64,000 nt of DNA from Myxococcota bacterium (GTDB taxonomy: Bacteria > Myxococcota_A > Polyangia > Nannocystales > Nannocystaceae): the NCBI GenBank assembly GCA_039028615.1, contig JBCCHT010000012.1, positions 64,001 through 128,000 of the forward strand, in the 5' to 3' direction. Position numbers and translations under genes: made by a program. The notes under the pieces are model-generated. The model saw nothing but the letters and a program-made list of their open reading frames with translations. It did no database searches and was not told where the DNA came from. Shown here one piece after another: positions 38,266 through 48,303 of this stretch. Within the stretch, counting starts at the first letter, position 1. The number at the start of each line of letters is the position of its first letter.

Positions 38266-38858
38266 ACGAGATGGGTGAGATGGGTGAGCTCGAGTCGAGC
38301 TCACTGTTGATGCTGGAGGACACCGCTGCGAGCGATCCCTCCGCGGCCAACGCGGCCCGCATTGCGGGGCTGTACCGGCAGCACCGCGACCAGGTCTACC
38401 GCCTGGCGCTGCGCTACGGCCGGGGCGACCGCACCTGGGCCGAGGACGTCACCCAAGACGTCTTCGTGTCGCTGTGCAAGGTCATCCACCGCCTCGAGGA
38501 CGACGAAGCCCTCAAGGGCTGGTTCTACCGCGTGGCCACCAACCGCTGCCTCAGCCGGCTGCGCCGCGAGGCGGTCGCGGGTGCGCCCGCCGTGCGCTGG
38601 CTGCTGGGGCGCTCGATCAAGACGGCCGAGGACCCCGAGGCCCAGGCCACGGAGCGTCGCGACCTGCGACGGGTCGATGCGGTGCTCGCCACCCTGCCCC
38701 CCAAGCAGCGCATCGCGTTCTGCATGTATCGCCTCGACGGCAAGGAGCAGCAGGAGATCGGCGAGATCCTCGGCTTCTCCAAGAGCTACGTCTGCAAGCT
38801 CATCAAGCGCGCCGAAGCCAAGATTCGCGCCGCGGGTTGGGAGGTGGGCGATGAGTGA
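38262..38858 (+). CDS. ECF sigma-70 factor
   Basis: AEDVTQDVF, WFYRVATNRCL, LPPKQR..EIGEILG. Confidence 0.92.
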   Translation: MNEMGEMGELESSSLLMLEDTAASDPSAANAARIAGLYRQHRDQVYRLALRYGRGDRTWAEDVTQDVFVSLCKVIHRLEDDEALKGWFYRVATNRCLSRLRREAVAGAPAVRWLLGRSIKTAEDPEAQATERRDLRRVDAVLATLPPKQRIAFCMYRLDGKEQQEIGEILGFSKSYVCKLIKRAEAKIRAAGWEVGDE

Positions 38859-39963
38859 TCAGCCATCCTTCGTCGCCGCCCTGCGCGAGCTCGACGAGAC
38901 CCGCCAGGCCGAGCGCCTGCGTCCCGGGGCCGTCCATCGCATCACGCGTCGCCTCGACGCCGAGCTGCTGCAGACCGAGCTGCCCAAGAAGCGCCGCGGC
39001 TTCATCCCCATGGTGAGCTTCGCCGCCGGGGCAGCCACCGTGCTGGCCGTGTTCACCTTGAGCTCGGGCCCCGACGCGGTCCTCGAAGAAACGACCGACG
39101 CCCCCGCGCCCATGCACGCGTCGTGGGAGGTCAGCGGCAGCAACTGCCACACCACCAACGGCAAGACCGAGCTGACCCTCGACGGCAGCTGCCACGTGGT
39201 CGTGCCCGGAGCCGACCTCGTGGTGGAGAGCCGCAAGACCACGCGACTGCGGGGCATCGAAAACGGCGTCGCGATGATCGACGGCACCGCGCTATTCGAC
39301 ATCACGCCGGACATCCAGGGCCCGCCGCGTCGAGTGGTGGTGCCGGGCGGCACCATCGAGGTGCACGGCACCCGGTTCTCGGTCGTCGTCCGCTACGGCG
39401 CCGGTCATGTCGATCTGCTCGAAGGCTCGGTGCACTTCATCGACGACGCGGGCAAGACCCACGAGCTGTCGCCGGGTCAGCGCTTCATGTTCTCGGCCAA
39501 CGAGACCATCGCCGCTGCGCCTTCGCCCACGCCGACCAGCACGGGAGGCATCGTCGAGCCCGAGGTCGCGGCCGAGACCGAAGAGGCGCCCGCCCTGCCC
39601 CTGGCGGCGGGCGAGCGGCTCGCCGCGCTGGCCAACGAGTACAAGGACAAGCACTCCCGTCCCGCTCGCTCTCGGGCGCCCTCGTCCGAGGAGCTGCAGG
39701 GCATCGTGCAGCAGATCGCCGAGTTCCGGGCCCAGCGGAAGTACGACGCCGCGGTGTCCTTGCTTCGCGGCGCCTTGAACAAGCGCTGGGATCGACGCAC
39801 GCGAGAGGTCCTGAGCTACGAGCTGGGCACCATCCTGTCCAACCAGCTCACCAATCGCGAGCAAGCCTGCGCGCACTGGCAGAACCATCGGCGGCAGTTC
39901 CCGTCGGGCCAGTACGCACGGGCGATCGAACGCGTCGAAGCGCGGCTGACCTGCGAGAAGTAA
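38851..39963 (+). CDS. FecR-domain anti-sigma factor with a C-terminal TPR-like region
   Basis: TM helix; IEVHGTRFSV..VDLLEGSV; overlaps the sigma stop. Confidence 0.85.
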   Translation: MSDQPSFVAALRELDETRQAERLRPGAVHRITRRLDAELLQTELPKKRRGFIPMVSFAAGAATVLAVFTLSSGPDAVLEETTDAPAPMHASWEVSGSNCHTTNGKTELTLDGSCHVVVPGADLVVESRKTTRLRGIENGVAMIDGTALFDITPDIQGPPRRVVVPGGTIEVHGTRFSVVVRYGAGHVDLLEGSVHFIDDAGKTHELSPGQRFMFSANETIAAAPSPTPTSTGGIVEPEVAAETEEAPALPLAAGERLAALANEYKDKHSRPARSRAPSSEELQGIVQQIAEFRAQRKYDAAVSLLRGALNKRWDRRTREVLSYELGTILSNQLTNREQACAHWQNHRRQFPSGQYARAIERVEARLTCEK

Positions 39964-40199
39964 GTCGGCGAGGCGACGGCCGCGGGCCCACGGAGACCCG
40001 CGGCGAGGCCTCGCTGCCCAGGTCGACGAGTCACGAGTCGTCAAGCCGTTTGAGCCAAAAAGACGCGTGATGGCGTCGCGTCGAAAACGAGATCCCTAAA
40101 CGCGACCGCTCCGAAGTCAATGTGGCCGGAGTCGGGCGCACCGCAGCGCACCGAACTTTCACCGGGCCCCGCCCGGATCGGGGCACTACACTCTTTTCC

Positions 40200-41963
40200 A
40201 TGCAAGGCTTCGCGCCATCGCGCTGGGGAATGTGGATCCTGGCTCTCGGGCTCGGGATGTCGTCGTGCTCGGACTCCGACTCGGACAAGCCCGAGGCCAA
40301 GAAGGAAAACGCCGCGGAAGAGCCCGCCCCCGCCGAGCCTGTGGCCGACAGCGAAGACGGCGAAGAGGACGAGATCGAGCACGTGGGCGACGCCCCGCTC
40401 GAGGCGGCCGTCAACCTGATCGAGCCGGGCGAAGGCACGCCGAAGACGCTGCCCAATCGAACCGCGGGCCTCGGGCCCCAGCGCGTGGTCGTCGAGGTGA
40501 AGATCACCGAGGGCCGCAAGCGCAAGCTCCACGTGCCGGTGGTTCGCCTCGCGGGTGACCTCGACTTCGGCAGCATCGACGACAGCGGCTCGAGCTATCG
40601 CTGGACGCCGGTCGCCACCACCGTGCTCGCCGATGCCGACGACGAAGGGGTCGACCCCGAGTTCCTCGCCGGCTTCGAGTCCGCCCTCGCGGTCGGAGAT
40701 GCGCCCGCCCCTGTTTCCCTGACCACCGATCGCTGGGACGTGGTCAGCAGCTTCGCGTGGCCGGCCGCCACCACCGACCCCCACGTGGCCACCGTCGCCT
40801 ATGCGCAGCGCCTGGCGCTGGGGCACCTGGCGATCCCCATCCCCGAGCTGAGCATGAGCAAGGGCGCCCACTGGGAGGTGCACCGCAAGGTCGACCTGTT
40901 CGGGGTCACCACCTGGCAGAGCCTCGATTGCACCGCCAAGAAGATCGCTGGCGACCAACTCGAAATCACGGCCAACGTCTCGTACGTCGGCGTCACCGAC
41001 GATCCGATCTCCGGCAAGCCACTCGGGCTCGACTCGGTCGCGGCCCTGAGCGGCCGCGGCAAGCTCCGCGCTCGCTACGACCTGAAGACCGCGCTGCCCA
41101 TCGACATGCAGCTCACGGCCAAGCTCGACATCCGCCGCGAAGGCGCCGACCGAGCCAAGCGCTTCGGCTTCGAGGTCCGCGCCGACGAGGACTTCCTGGC
41201 CCGCCCCGACGAGCGCGTCAGCCTGAAGGGCAAGTTCGTGCAGGGCGGCCTCGTCACTGGCATCGTCCCCGCGGGCACCAAGGTCTGGTTCAACCGCAAG
41301 CGCATCGAGGTCTCGTCCGAGGGCGACTTCGTGGTCGGCTTCGGTCGCGATGCGCCTCCGCGCGCGCTGATGGCCTTCGCCTTCGACGGCGGCCCCGACG
41401 AGCGCCACGTGGTCCACGTCGAGGACCGCGAGTTCGAGCCCGAGGCGATCGATGGACTCCCACCGGAGATGGTCGACCTCGACCGCCCCACCCGCAAGGC
41501 GCTGGGCAAGGCCAAGGTGCGGATCAAGAAGGTCCGCAACAAGGTCAACAAGACCCCCTACTTCCGCGACGGCTTCGAGTGGCCCATGAAGGGCAAGATC
41601 ACCAGCACCTACGGGCGCAAGCGGATCCTCAACGGCGAGGACAAGGGCTTCCACTGGGGCGTCGACCTGGCCGCCCCCGTCGGTCGCAAGGTCCGGGCCC
41701 CCGCGGGCGGCGTGGTGATCTTTGCCGAGGCCGACGTGCCACTGTCCGGGACCCTGCTCATCCTCGACCACGGACATGGCCTGAGTTCATCGTTCCTGCA
41801 CCTCGACAAGCTGTCGGTCGCGCTCGGCGACGAGGTCAAGGCCGGGCAGGTGATCGCGACCTCGGGCAACACCGGGCGCTCGACGGGGCCTCACCTCGAC
41901 TGGCGTATGAACCTGTTCGACACCCGGGTCGACCCGCAGACCTTGGTGAGCGCCGCGCCCTGA
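40200..41963 (+). CDS. M23 metallopeptidase lipoprotein with a large N-terminal domain
   Basis: HWGVD, DHGHGLSSSFLHL, GNTGRSTGPHLDW; possible lipobox MSSC. Confidence 0.85.
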   Translation: MQGFAPSRWGMWILALGLGMSSCSDSDSDKPEAKKENAAEEPAPAEPVADSEDGEEDEIEHVGDAPLEAAVNLIEPGEGTPKTLPNRTAGLGPQRVVVEVKITEGRKRKLHVPVVRLAGDLDFGSIDDSGSSYRWTPVATTVLADADDEGVDPEFLAGFESALAVGDAPAPVSLTTDRWDVVSSFAWPAATTDPHVATVAYAQRLALGHLAIPIPELSMSKGAHWEVHRKVDLFGVTTWQSLDCTAKKIAGDQLEITANVSYVGVTDDPISGKPLGLDSVAALSGRGKLRARYDLKTALPIDMQLTAKLDIRREGADRAKRFGFEVRADEDFLARPDERVSLKGKFVQGGLVTGIVPAGTKVWFNRKRIEVSSEGDFVVGFGRDAPPRALMAFAFDGGPDERHVVHVEDREFEPEAIDGLPPEMVDLDRPTRKALGKAKVRIKKVRNKVNKTPYFRDGFEWPMKGKITSTYGRKRILNGEDKGFHWGVDLAAPVGRKVRAPAGGVVIFAEADVPLSGTLLILDHGHGLSSSFLHLDKLSVALGDEVKAGQVIATSGNTGRSTGPHLDWRMNLFDTRVDPQTLVSAAP

Positions 41964-41972
41964 GGCGCTCCG

Positions 41973-42377
41973 TCACGAGGCCTGGCAAAACTGCGCCAGG
42001 CGAGCCGCGCTGCCGATCGACTCGAGCAGCAGCGGGGGCGGCACGGGCATGAGCAGCACGTTCATCAGCGCGCCGTCCTTGTGCACCTCGCTGCGAAAGA
42101 ACGCGCGGACGTGGTCGCGCTCGCGCGTGAGCAGCACGCCGATGGTGCCCCGGTCGTAGCGCGCGAGGGAGGCGATGAGCTGCGGGCCGGACATCTCGGC
42201 CAGCTCGTAGGTCGAGCACACGACCTGGTACTCCTGGTTCTTTCGCTTCGCTCGCTCGACCCTATAGAGAGCTTCGGTAGCGCCGATGGCCGTGCGCACG
42301 TCGAAGTGCGGAGTGAGCTGCGAATGGAGCGCATCGAGCTCGACGCGGTCCTCCGATACCAACAAGACGCGATTCAT
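41973..42377 (-). CDS. Atypical stand-alone receiver-like protein
   Basis: RVLLVSED..EAL..YQVVCSTYELAEMSGPQLI..LLT..LLMP; phosphoacceptor Asp and conserved Lys absent. Confidence 0.65.
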   Translation of the reverse strand: MNRVLLVSEDRVELDALHSQLTPHFDVRTAIGATEALYRVERAKRKNQEYQVVCSTYELAEMSGPQLIASLARYDRGTIGVLLTRERDHVRAFFRSEVHKDGALMNVLLMPVPPPLLLESIGSAARLAQFCQAS

Positions 42378-42415
42378 CCGTTCGGCTCCCCCTGCGGGCC
42401 GACGACGGCACAATG

Positions 42416-42448
42416 AACTGTTCAATTGACCCCATCAATTGAACAGTT
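42416..42448. promoter_or_regulatory. 14-bp perfect inverted repeat, likely operator
   Basis: AACTGTTCAATTGA-CCCCA-TCAATTGAACAGTT. Confidence 0.7.
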
Positions 42449-42813
42449 TTGGCCATCGGCAGGCCAATTTCTCCGTTGCCACAGGGTGTCCCCCCGCAGC
42501 TGCCCCCGCGTCGCCCCTGCGACTGCCCACCAAACTAGAGGGGAACGGGCCGGTACAGGACGACGTAATCGACCTGAAATCCCGTTCCCGGTCGCTGGTG
42601 ACCGATCCAGAGCACGCGGTGCTCGTCGAGCCTTGCGCGGAATCGAGCCGTGAGAGAATGCACGCATTGAGCGCCAGGCACCCGCCGTTGGGAAACGGAC
42701 GTATTCGAGCAAACAAAAAAATCCATTTTTCGCTGGCCATCTGGTGCCGAAGCCCTCATAGTTCAGCGACCTGAACAGCACACTTGTAGGTGCAAGTTCG
42801 ACAAGGGGGACCA

Positions 42814-44598
42814 ATGACCGCTACCGTAGTGAACTTCTTCACGTTCTGCGCACGCTCTCGTGCCACCAGCCTGGCCCTTGGCGCGGGAATGCTCCTGACC
42901 GCCGGCATCAGTGGCTGCGCGACCGAGGGCGAAGATGAGCTCGTCGGAGACTTCGACCAGGACCGGATCATCGAGATCACCAGCGAGAGCACCTGCGTGC
43001 CGCTGGTCAAGCGACGGGGCTCCGTCGGCACCGTCTGCATGACGATCGACAACGAAGTCGACACCTCCGCCCAGTGTGGCGAGGGCTCCACCGGCGTCAT
43101 GAACGTGACCTTCGAGACCGAGGGCCCCTGGGAGCTGATTCGCGCCCGCGTCGGCGTCGGCCACAGCCTCGAGGACTTCCCCCGCAACCGCCGGGGTCGC
43201 GTCGTCCGCAACCAGCTTCCCCACCAGAGCGGCGAGATCCCGGGAGAGACCTCGCACACGCTCAGCGTTCCGCTGTGCGAAGTCGGCCTCGATGGCGCCG
43301 ACGAGGTCTGCGATCCGGTCAACGCCCACCTCGTGGCCCACGCCCGAGTTCGCCGGCTCCGCCGCAACGGCACCTACCGCAGCCGCTCCGTGTTCGGCGA
43401 CGGCACCATGGTCGGCAGCCGCCGCCGTCACGGTCGCCTGTTCACGCTCGAGCTGAGCTGTGCCGAGGGCGAGCCCCCTCCCCCGCCGCCCAACCAGTGC
43501 GAGACCGCCTTCGCGGCGGGCCCCGGTGCCACCTGCTTCCTGGGCAACGACTTCGACGGCGATGGCCTCGACGACGGCTTCGCCGAGTGGGGCTGGACCA
43601 ACGGTCCCGTCTCCCCCGGTACCTCCACGGAGTGGCCGGTCTACGCCGCGGTCAACGGCTGCGATCCCTCTGCGGGCGCGCACGTCGGCACCCTGGGCGT
43701 CTCGTACGACGGCAGCACCGCGTCCTTCGTCTTCAACCGCGAGGGCGACGTCACCCTCGACGGTGAGCAGCTGTTCGTGGGCAGCGAGGCCCTGCCGCGC
43801 GACGCAGACGGCGGCCTGAGCATCGACCCCTCCGACTTCCCGATCTCGGTCGACCTCGACGAGGCGACTCAGACCACGCACACCGTGTCGGGCCTGAGCG
43901 GCGACATCAACGTCGTCTACCACGCCACCGCCTGTGGCGAGGGCATCGAGGCCAACCCCGATCCCCTCACCGTGCTCACCGACGAGTTCTCCACCGAGGG
44001 CGACATGGGGACCTGGCAGCAGCACATGCCGCAGGACGCCACCGTCAAGGTCGAGGACGACGCGCTCGTCATCGAGCCCAACGCGAACACCTGGTGGTAC
44101 GCGCAGGACGAGACCCTGCACGTCTACAAGACCATCTCGGGCGACTTCGCGGCCACCACCAGCGTGGAGGTCACCACCCTCGACGGTGAGCCCGTCGCCC
44201 CCGGCGACCCGTACCGCATCGGTGGTCTCATGATGCGAGACATGACCAGCGACCTGCCGAACACCTACCACATGGGTATCGGCAACATGAACACCGCGGG
44301 CGTGGTCACCGTGTCCAAGAGCACCGACGAGGGCAGCAGCTCCATCGGCACGCAGCCCTGGAACGGCGTCGAGGCCGAGATGCGAATCTGTCGCGTCGGC
44401 GACGAGGTCCAGTCCTTCATCCGACTCGAGGACGAGCCCTGGCGACTCATCGACCAGCGCACCCGCGGCGACCTGCCCAACACGCTCGCGGTCGGCCCCA
44501 TCGCCTACGCCGGCACGGCCGTCCCCGACCTCCACGTGGAAACCGACTACGTCACCTTCCACACCGTCAGCTCGCTGCAAGACTGCTACCGCGACTGA
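42814..44598 (+). CDS. Modular secreted lipoprotein with a C-terminal ConA-like beta-sandwich
   Basis: Lipobox ISGC; Pro linker; CETAFA..WGWTNGP domain; YKTISGDF..GGLMMR..AVGP; GGGGA RBS. Confidence 0.7.
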   Translation: MTATVVNFFTFCARSRATSLALGAGMLLTAGISGCATEGEDELVGDFDQDRIIEITSESTCVPLVKRRGSVGTVCMTIDNEVDTSAQCGEGSTGVMNVTFETEGPWELIRARVGVGHSLEDFPRNRRGRVVRNQLPHQSGEIPGETSHTLSVPLCEVGLDGADEVCDPVNAHLVAHARVRRLRRNGTYRSRSVFGDGTMVGSRRRHGRLFTLELSCAEGEPPPPPPNQCETAFAAGPGATCFLGNDFDGDGLDDGFAEWGWTNGPVSPGTSTEWPVYAAVNGCDPSAGAHVGTLGVSYDGSTASFVFNREGDVTLDGEQLFVGSEALPRDADGGLSIDPSDFPISVDLDEATQTTHTVSGLSGDINVVYHATACGEGIEANPDPLTVLTDEFSTEGDMGTWQQHMPQDATVKVEDDALVIEPNANTWWYAQDETLHVYKTISGDFAATTSVEVTTLDGEPVAPGDPYRIGGLMMRDMTSDLPNTYHMGIGNMNTAGVVTVSKSTDEGSSSIGTQPWNGVEAEMRICRVGDEVQSFIRLEDEPWRLIDQRTRGDLPNTLAVGPIAYAGTAVPDLHVETDYVTFHTVSSLQDCYRD

Positions 44599-44623
44599 TC
44601 CGAGAGAATCGAACCGCATTTTC

Positions 44624-44661
44624 GGGCGGCGTCACTGGTCACGGTGGCGCCGCCCTTTTTT
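44624..44661 (+). terminator. Intrinsic terminator
   Basis: GGGCGGCGTCAC..GTGGCGCCGCCC followed by T6. Confidence 0.8.
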
Positions 44662-44683
44662 GCGCCCGGAGCTCGAACCCCCT

Positions 44684-46336
44684 CTAGCGCGAGATGAGCT
44701 CGAGCTTCGTGGGGAGCGCATGGCGGTCCCCCAGCTGGGGAGCCGACCATGGAGCGGCGTGACCGTCGAGCCACGCGACCCAGTGCAGCGAGTCCAGGGG
44801 ACGATCGAAGACGGCTCGGATCTCCGTGGGGCGGCCCGCTCCGTTGACCGCGACGACCTCGATCACCGCCGTCGGTAGCTCCACCCGCTCTCCGACGCGC
44901 ATGGGGATGCCTTCGGCCCGAGCGATCCGGTTGAGCGGAGAGCCCATCCAGCCCCGGGGAGCCTCGAGCCGAAGCGTGTCGTCGGCAACCCGCTCCACCG
45001 TGACCAGCCCTTGCCCGGCGTATAGCGGCACCACGTGGTCGGGCCACCGCTGCCCGTGCTCGGCCGCGATCGCCTGCGGGTGCATCAGCAGGATGTCGTA
45101 GGGCACGTTGACCACCACGACCACCTCGCCTGGTGCCACGTCGTGATCGGTGACGGCGACGGACAGCTCCTGAGCGTAGCGGTCGACGTAGTACATCACC
45201 CACGACGACGGCACGAAGAGCAGGACCGAGATCCACAGGTGCAGGAGGAGCAGTCCTCGGCCCACCCACCGAGAGCCGCGAAGGCGGGGCGCAGGGGCGA
45301 GCGAGTCGGCGATGGCCAACGCCAGCAAGCCGCATCCACCGAGCCCGAGCGGGAGCAGGATGCGCCCCGAGGGGTCGGTGCTCGCATAGGGCAGTGCGCA
45401 GACCAGCATGCCGACGGCAAAGAACCGGGCCGTCGCCTCGCGACGCAGCAGCGGCAGGAGCCAGACCCCGAAGGCCAGCAGCCCGAGCGTGGCCCACAGC
45501 CAACCGTAGGGCATCCCTCGCAGGGGGCTGGCGACGGGGAGGGTGAGTTCGGCAAAACCGAGGATGCTGGTGTTGCGCACCGCGATGGGCAGCAGGCCGA
45601 GGGGGTCGGCCGCCGGATCACGGTACAGACCGCTGGCGACCGCGCCGTAGCCCGAGGCCACGTAGGCGATGCGCCAGGCGATGACGACCCCGAGATACGG
45701 CAGCAACGTCGAGACCCGACGCCACCACGGGCCGCGATCGAGGAATAGCGCGTAGGCGAACAGGTAGCCGCCGACGGTCAGGGCCGCCTCCGCGCCGCTG
45801 AGCGCCACGACGAGCAGGACGGGGGCCAGCCACCCACCCGGGTGCCAGCCGTCCCGTCGCCAGCGGTCGTGGGCCCACAGCACGGCAAAGCCTCCGAGCG
45901 TGGCGAGGATCAGGTTGCGGTTGGCGAGCCAACCCAGGGTCTGCCCGTGGGTGTCGTCGACGGCGAACAGCAGCGTGGCCAGCCCGGCCGCAAACCCGAC
46001 CCCGAGCAAGCGCCGATAGAGCCGACCGGCGACCCACACCAGCGCGCCGTACAGCAGCACCGAGGTCAGGTGCATCAGCCACGGCATGCGCCACACCCGG
46101 AAGTCGAGCGCATGCAGCAGCGACGACAAGGGGCGCAGGAACACCACCTGCAGCTCGGGCGCCGCCCACCAGCCCACCGTGCCCCGTGCCATCGCGGTCG
46201 CTCGCGTGCTCGGCTCGAACAGACGAAAGAGGTCCCACGCGGGCTGCGACACCGCGGCCTGACCCAAGAGGTGATCGTCGAGGGTCAGGCCGACGAAGAC
46301 CGAAGGGAAGCCGATCAACACGGCCAGCACGGCCAT
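44684..46336 (-). CDS. Polytopic membrane protein, GT-C glycosyltransferase-like (start uncertain)
   Basis: LDDH, FLRPLSSL, HLTS, WLANRN motifs; many TM helices. Confidence 0.6.
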   Translation of the reverse strand: MAVLAVLIGFPSVFVGLTLDDHLLGQAAVSQPAWDLFRLFEPSTRATAMARGTVGWWAAPELQVVFLRPLSSLLHALDFRVWRMPWLMHLTSVLLYGALVWVAGRLYRRLLGVGFAAGLATLLFAVDDTHGQTLGWLANRNLILATLGGFAVLWAHDRWRRDGWHPGGWLAPVLLVVALSGAEAALTVGGYLFAYALFLDRGPWWRRVSTLLPYLGVVIAWRIAYVASGYGAVASGLYRDPAADPLGLLPIAVRNTSILGFAELTLPVASPLRGMPYGWLWATLGLLAFGVWLLPLLRREATARFFAVGMLVCALPYASTDPSGRILLPLGLGGCGLLALAIADSLAPAPRLRGSRWVGRGLLLLHLWISVLLFVPSSWVMYYVDRYAQELSVAVTDHDVAPGEVVVVVNVPYDILLMHPQAIAAEHGQRWPDHVVPLYAGQGLVTVERVADDTLRLEAPRGWMGSPLNRIARAEGIPMRVGERVELPTAVIEVVAVNGAGRPTEIRAVFDRPLDSLHWVAWLDGHAAPWSAPQLGDRHALPTKLELISR

Positions 46337-46479
46337 GTGCGCCGCAGCCCGAGGCGACGCGAGCCATTGTTGCCAACGTCGAACGCGGGGGCCCTCGGCG
46401 CGGTGGTCGGGTGAGGCGGTCAGAAGCGTCCGGGGGGTCGAGGTGATGGCAGAACCAACGAAGGGGCGGCGCGGCGGCG

Positions 46480-47241
46480 TCAGCCCTCGCCCGGCACGAG
46501 GTCGAGCTCTGGGTACGCCCGGAAGATCCCGTCCGCGTTGAAGTCCAGGCACCGCGCCGATGCTCGATAGGCGGCGATCCGCTCGAGTCCATCCACGTGC
46601 TGTCGAACCGCGACCAACCCGGGCAGTTCGCCGCGATAGTGCTGCCACGCCCGCGGGAACGCGTACTCGAGCCCGCGCACCATCTGGTTCATCGCCAGGT
46701 CCACGTAGCTCAGCGCGCCGCCGACCAGATGCCGACCGCCGCCCGCCTCGTTCGCTCGCATCACCGCCTCGAAGTAGCGCAGGAACTTGGGCATGCGCAG
46801 GTCGACGAAGTGCCGGGTCTTGCGGAGCGCTTCGACCTTTTGGTCCTCGTAGTACTCGCCCGTGCCTACCGGGTGGTGCGTGTCGTGGACCTCGTCGACC
46901 AAGTCGGCGAGGGTCAGCTGGAGCTGCATCGCCTCCGCGCGGGCACCTTCGGCCTGCGGGGCGAGGCCGTGCTGCGCCCCGAGGTACGCACAGATGTTGG
47001 CCATCTGCGCCAGCTGAAGCTCACCGTGGACGAGCACGGGCGGCGCGAGCGGGCGCAGGCCGGGGCCGGGCTCCTTCAGGTGCGCGACGATGGCCGCGGG
47101 CCCGCCTCCCTCGGCCGCCGGTCGACGGGCGAAGTCGTCGTACTCGGCTCCCGCTTGCTCGAGCACCAGCCGAACGAACTCGCCCCGCCCCGGGATGTTC
47201 GGCCAGTAGTGCAGCACGTACGGAGCATCGGCGTTCGGCAT
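46480..47241 (-). CDS. Glutathione S-transferase
   Basis: YWPNIPGRGEFVRL, APPVL, AQMANI, LSYVDL. Confidence 0.92.
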   Translation of the reverse strand: MPNADAPYVLHYWPNIPGRGEFVRLVLEQAGAEYDDFARRPAAEGGGPAAIVAHLKEPGPGLRPLAPPVLVHGELQLAQMANICAYLGAQHGLAPQAEGARAEAMQLQLTLADLVDEVHDTHHPVGTGEYYEDQKVEALRKTRHFVDLRMPKFLRYFEAVMRANEAGGGRHLVGGALSYVDLAMNQMVRGLEYAFPRAWQHYRGELPGLVAVRQHVDGLERIAAYRASARCLDFNADGIFRAYPELDLVPGEG

Positions 47242-47506
47242 GGCTCAGCTGCCTTACCTGGGATCCCGGGCCATTTCCAGCCGCCGACATGCTCCCGATG
47301 ACTCTCGCCACACGAGGCCGCCACCCCCTTTGGGATTGGACCCCGATGGTAGGCCGAGGTCCGACATCGTCGCAGACGATCGTCCGTTGCCACCGCGCGG
47401 GGCCGTAGCCCCACCAATCCCAGTGGGCCTTGGAACGCCCGTCTACTTCGTGTTCTGCACGACATTGCGGCGTCGTGGTTCGCGGTGCGTCACAATCGAA
47501 GGGTCG

Positions 47507-48214
47507 ATGGAGGCAATCGAGGGAGGCGCCGAACCCGGACACCAGAGCTTGGTGTTGGCCGCCAGTGCCCCGCCGCGACCTCGGCTCGACCCCATGCCCC
47601 TGCAGGCGCCGCATTTTTCGGTCGGGTTCGCGGTCGGCTGGACCCTCACCTCCGCCGTGCTGGGCACCATCACCGTCACCTGGCTCGTCGGGATGATCGC
47701 CACCACGGTCTTTTGGCTCGCGGGCACGGGCAGCATCATCTCGGTGGTGGCGTTCGGCCTCACCGGCCTGCTGCTCGGTCGAGGCTGGATGGGCATGGCG
47801 CAGACGATGCACGGACGACTTCGTCACCGCGACCTCGACGACGGCGCCGCGCTGCCCATCACCTTCTGGTCGCTCGGGCCCGGCCTCCAGCGGTTGGTCC
47901 GGCACACCCGGAGCCTGCAGATCGTCGCGCGAGACCCCGAGCTCCCGCTCTCTCAGCTCGACCGCGAGATCTTCGAGTGGCTCTCCACCATGGGCCAGCT
48001 GACGTTCGAAGAGCGACGCTTCCTCGACAGCCGAACGCTCGTGCCCAGCCAGCTCCGCGAAGAGCTGGTCGATAGTCGCTACGCCGAAGATCGCCTGGGC
48101 GCCAGGCTCGGCCTCGGCCGTCGCTACGGTGCCGGACATCGCCAGCGCGTGTTGGCCTTGCTGTCCCGCTTCGAACGCGTGGTGCTCGAGGACGGCGGCG
48201 ATCCTTTTCGCTGA
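47507..48214 (+). CDS. Hypothetical membrane protein
   Basis: Hydrophobic segments; ends DPFR, common in myxobacterial proteins. Confidence 0.55.
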   Translation: MEAIEGGAEPGHQSLVLAASAPPRPRLDPMPLQAPHFSVGFAVGWTLTSAVLGTITVTWLVGMIATTVFWLAGTGSIISVVAFGLTGLLLGRGWMGMAQTMHGRLRHRDLDDGAALPITFWSLGPGLQRLVRHTRSLQIVARDPELPLSQLDREIFEWLSTMGQLTFEERRFLDSRTLVPSQLREELVDSRYAEDRLGARLGLGRRYGAGHRQRVLALLSRFERVVLEDGGDPFR

Positions 48215-48245
48215 GCTCCCCTTCGGGCGTCCTTCGAAACGAGAC

Positions 48246-48283
48246 CGGGCGACCTCCCTCGCTGGTCGAGGGGAGGCCGCCCG
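48246..48283. terminator. Hairpin between convergent genes
   Basis: CGGGCGACCTCCCTCG..CGAGGGGAGGCCGCCCG imperfect stem. Confidence 0.5.
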
Positions 48284-48303
48284 GCGCTCGGTGGTGGTGA
48301 TGG

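Noticed and set aside
36267..38858. 863-aa sigma factor fusion
   Set aside because: Only 38262-38858 is sigma-like; the upstream part is an off-frame read over other genes.
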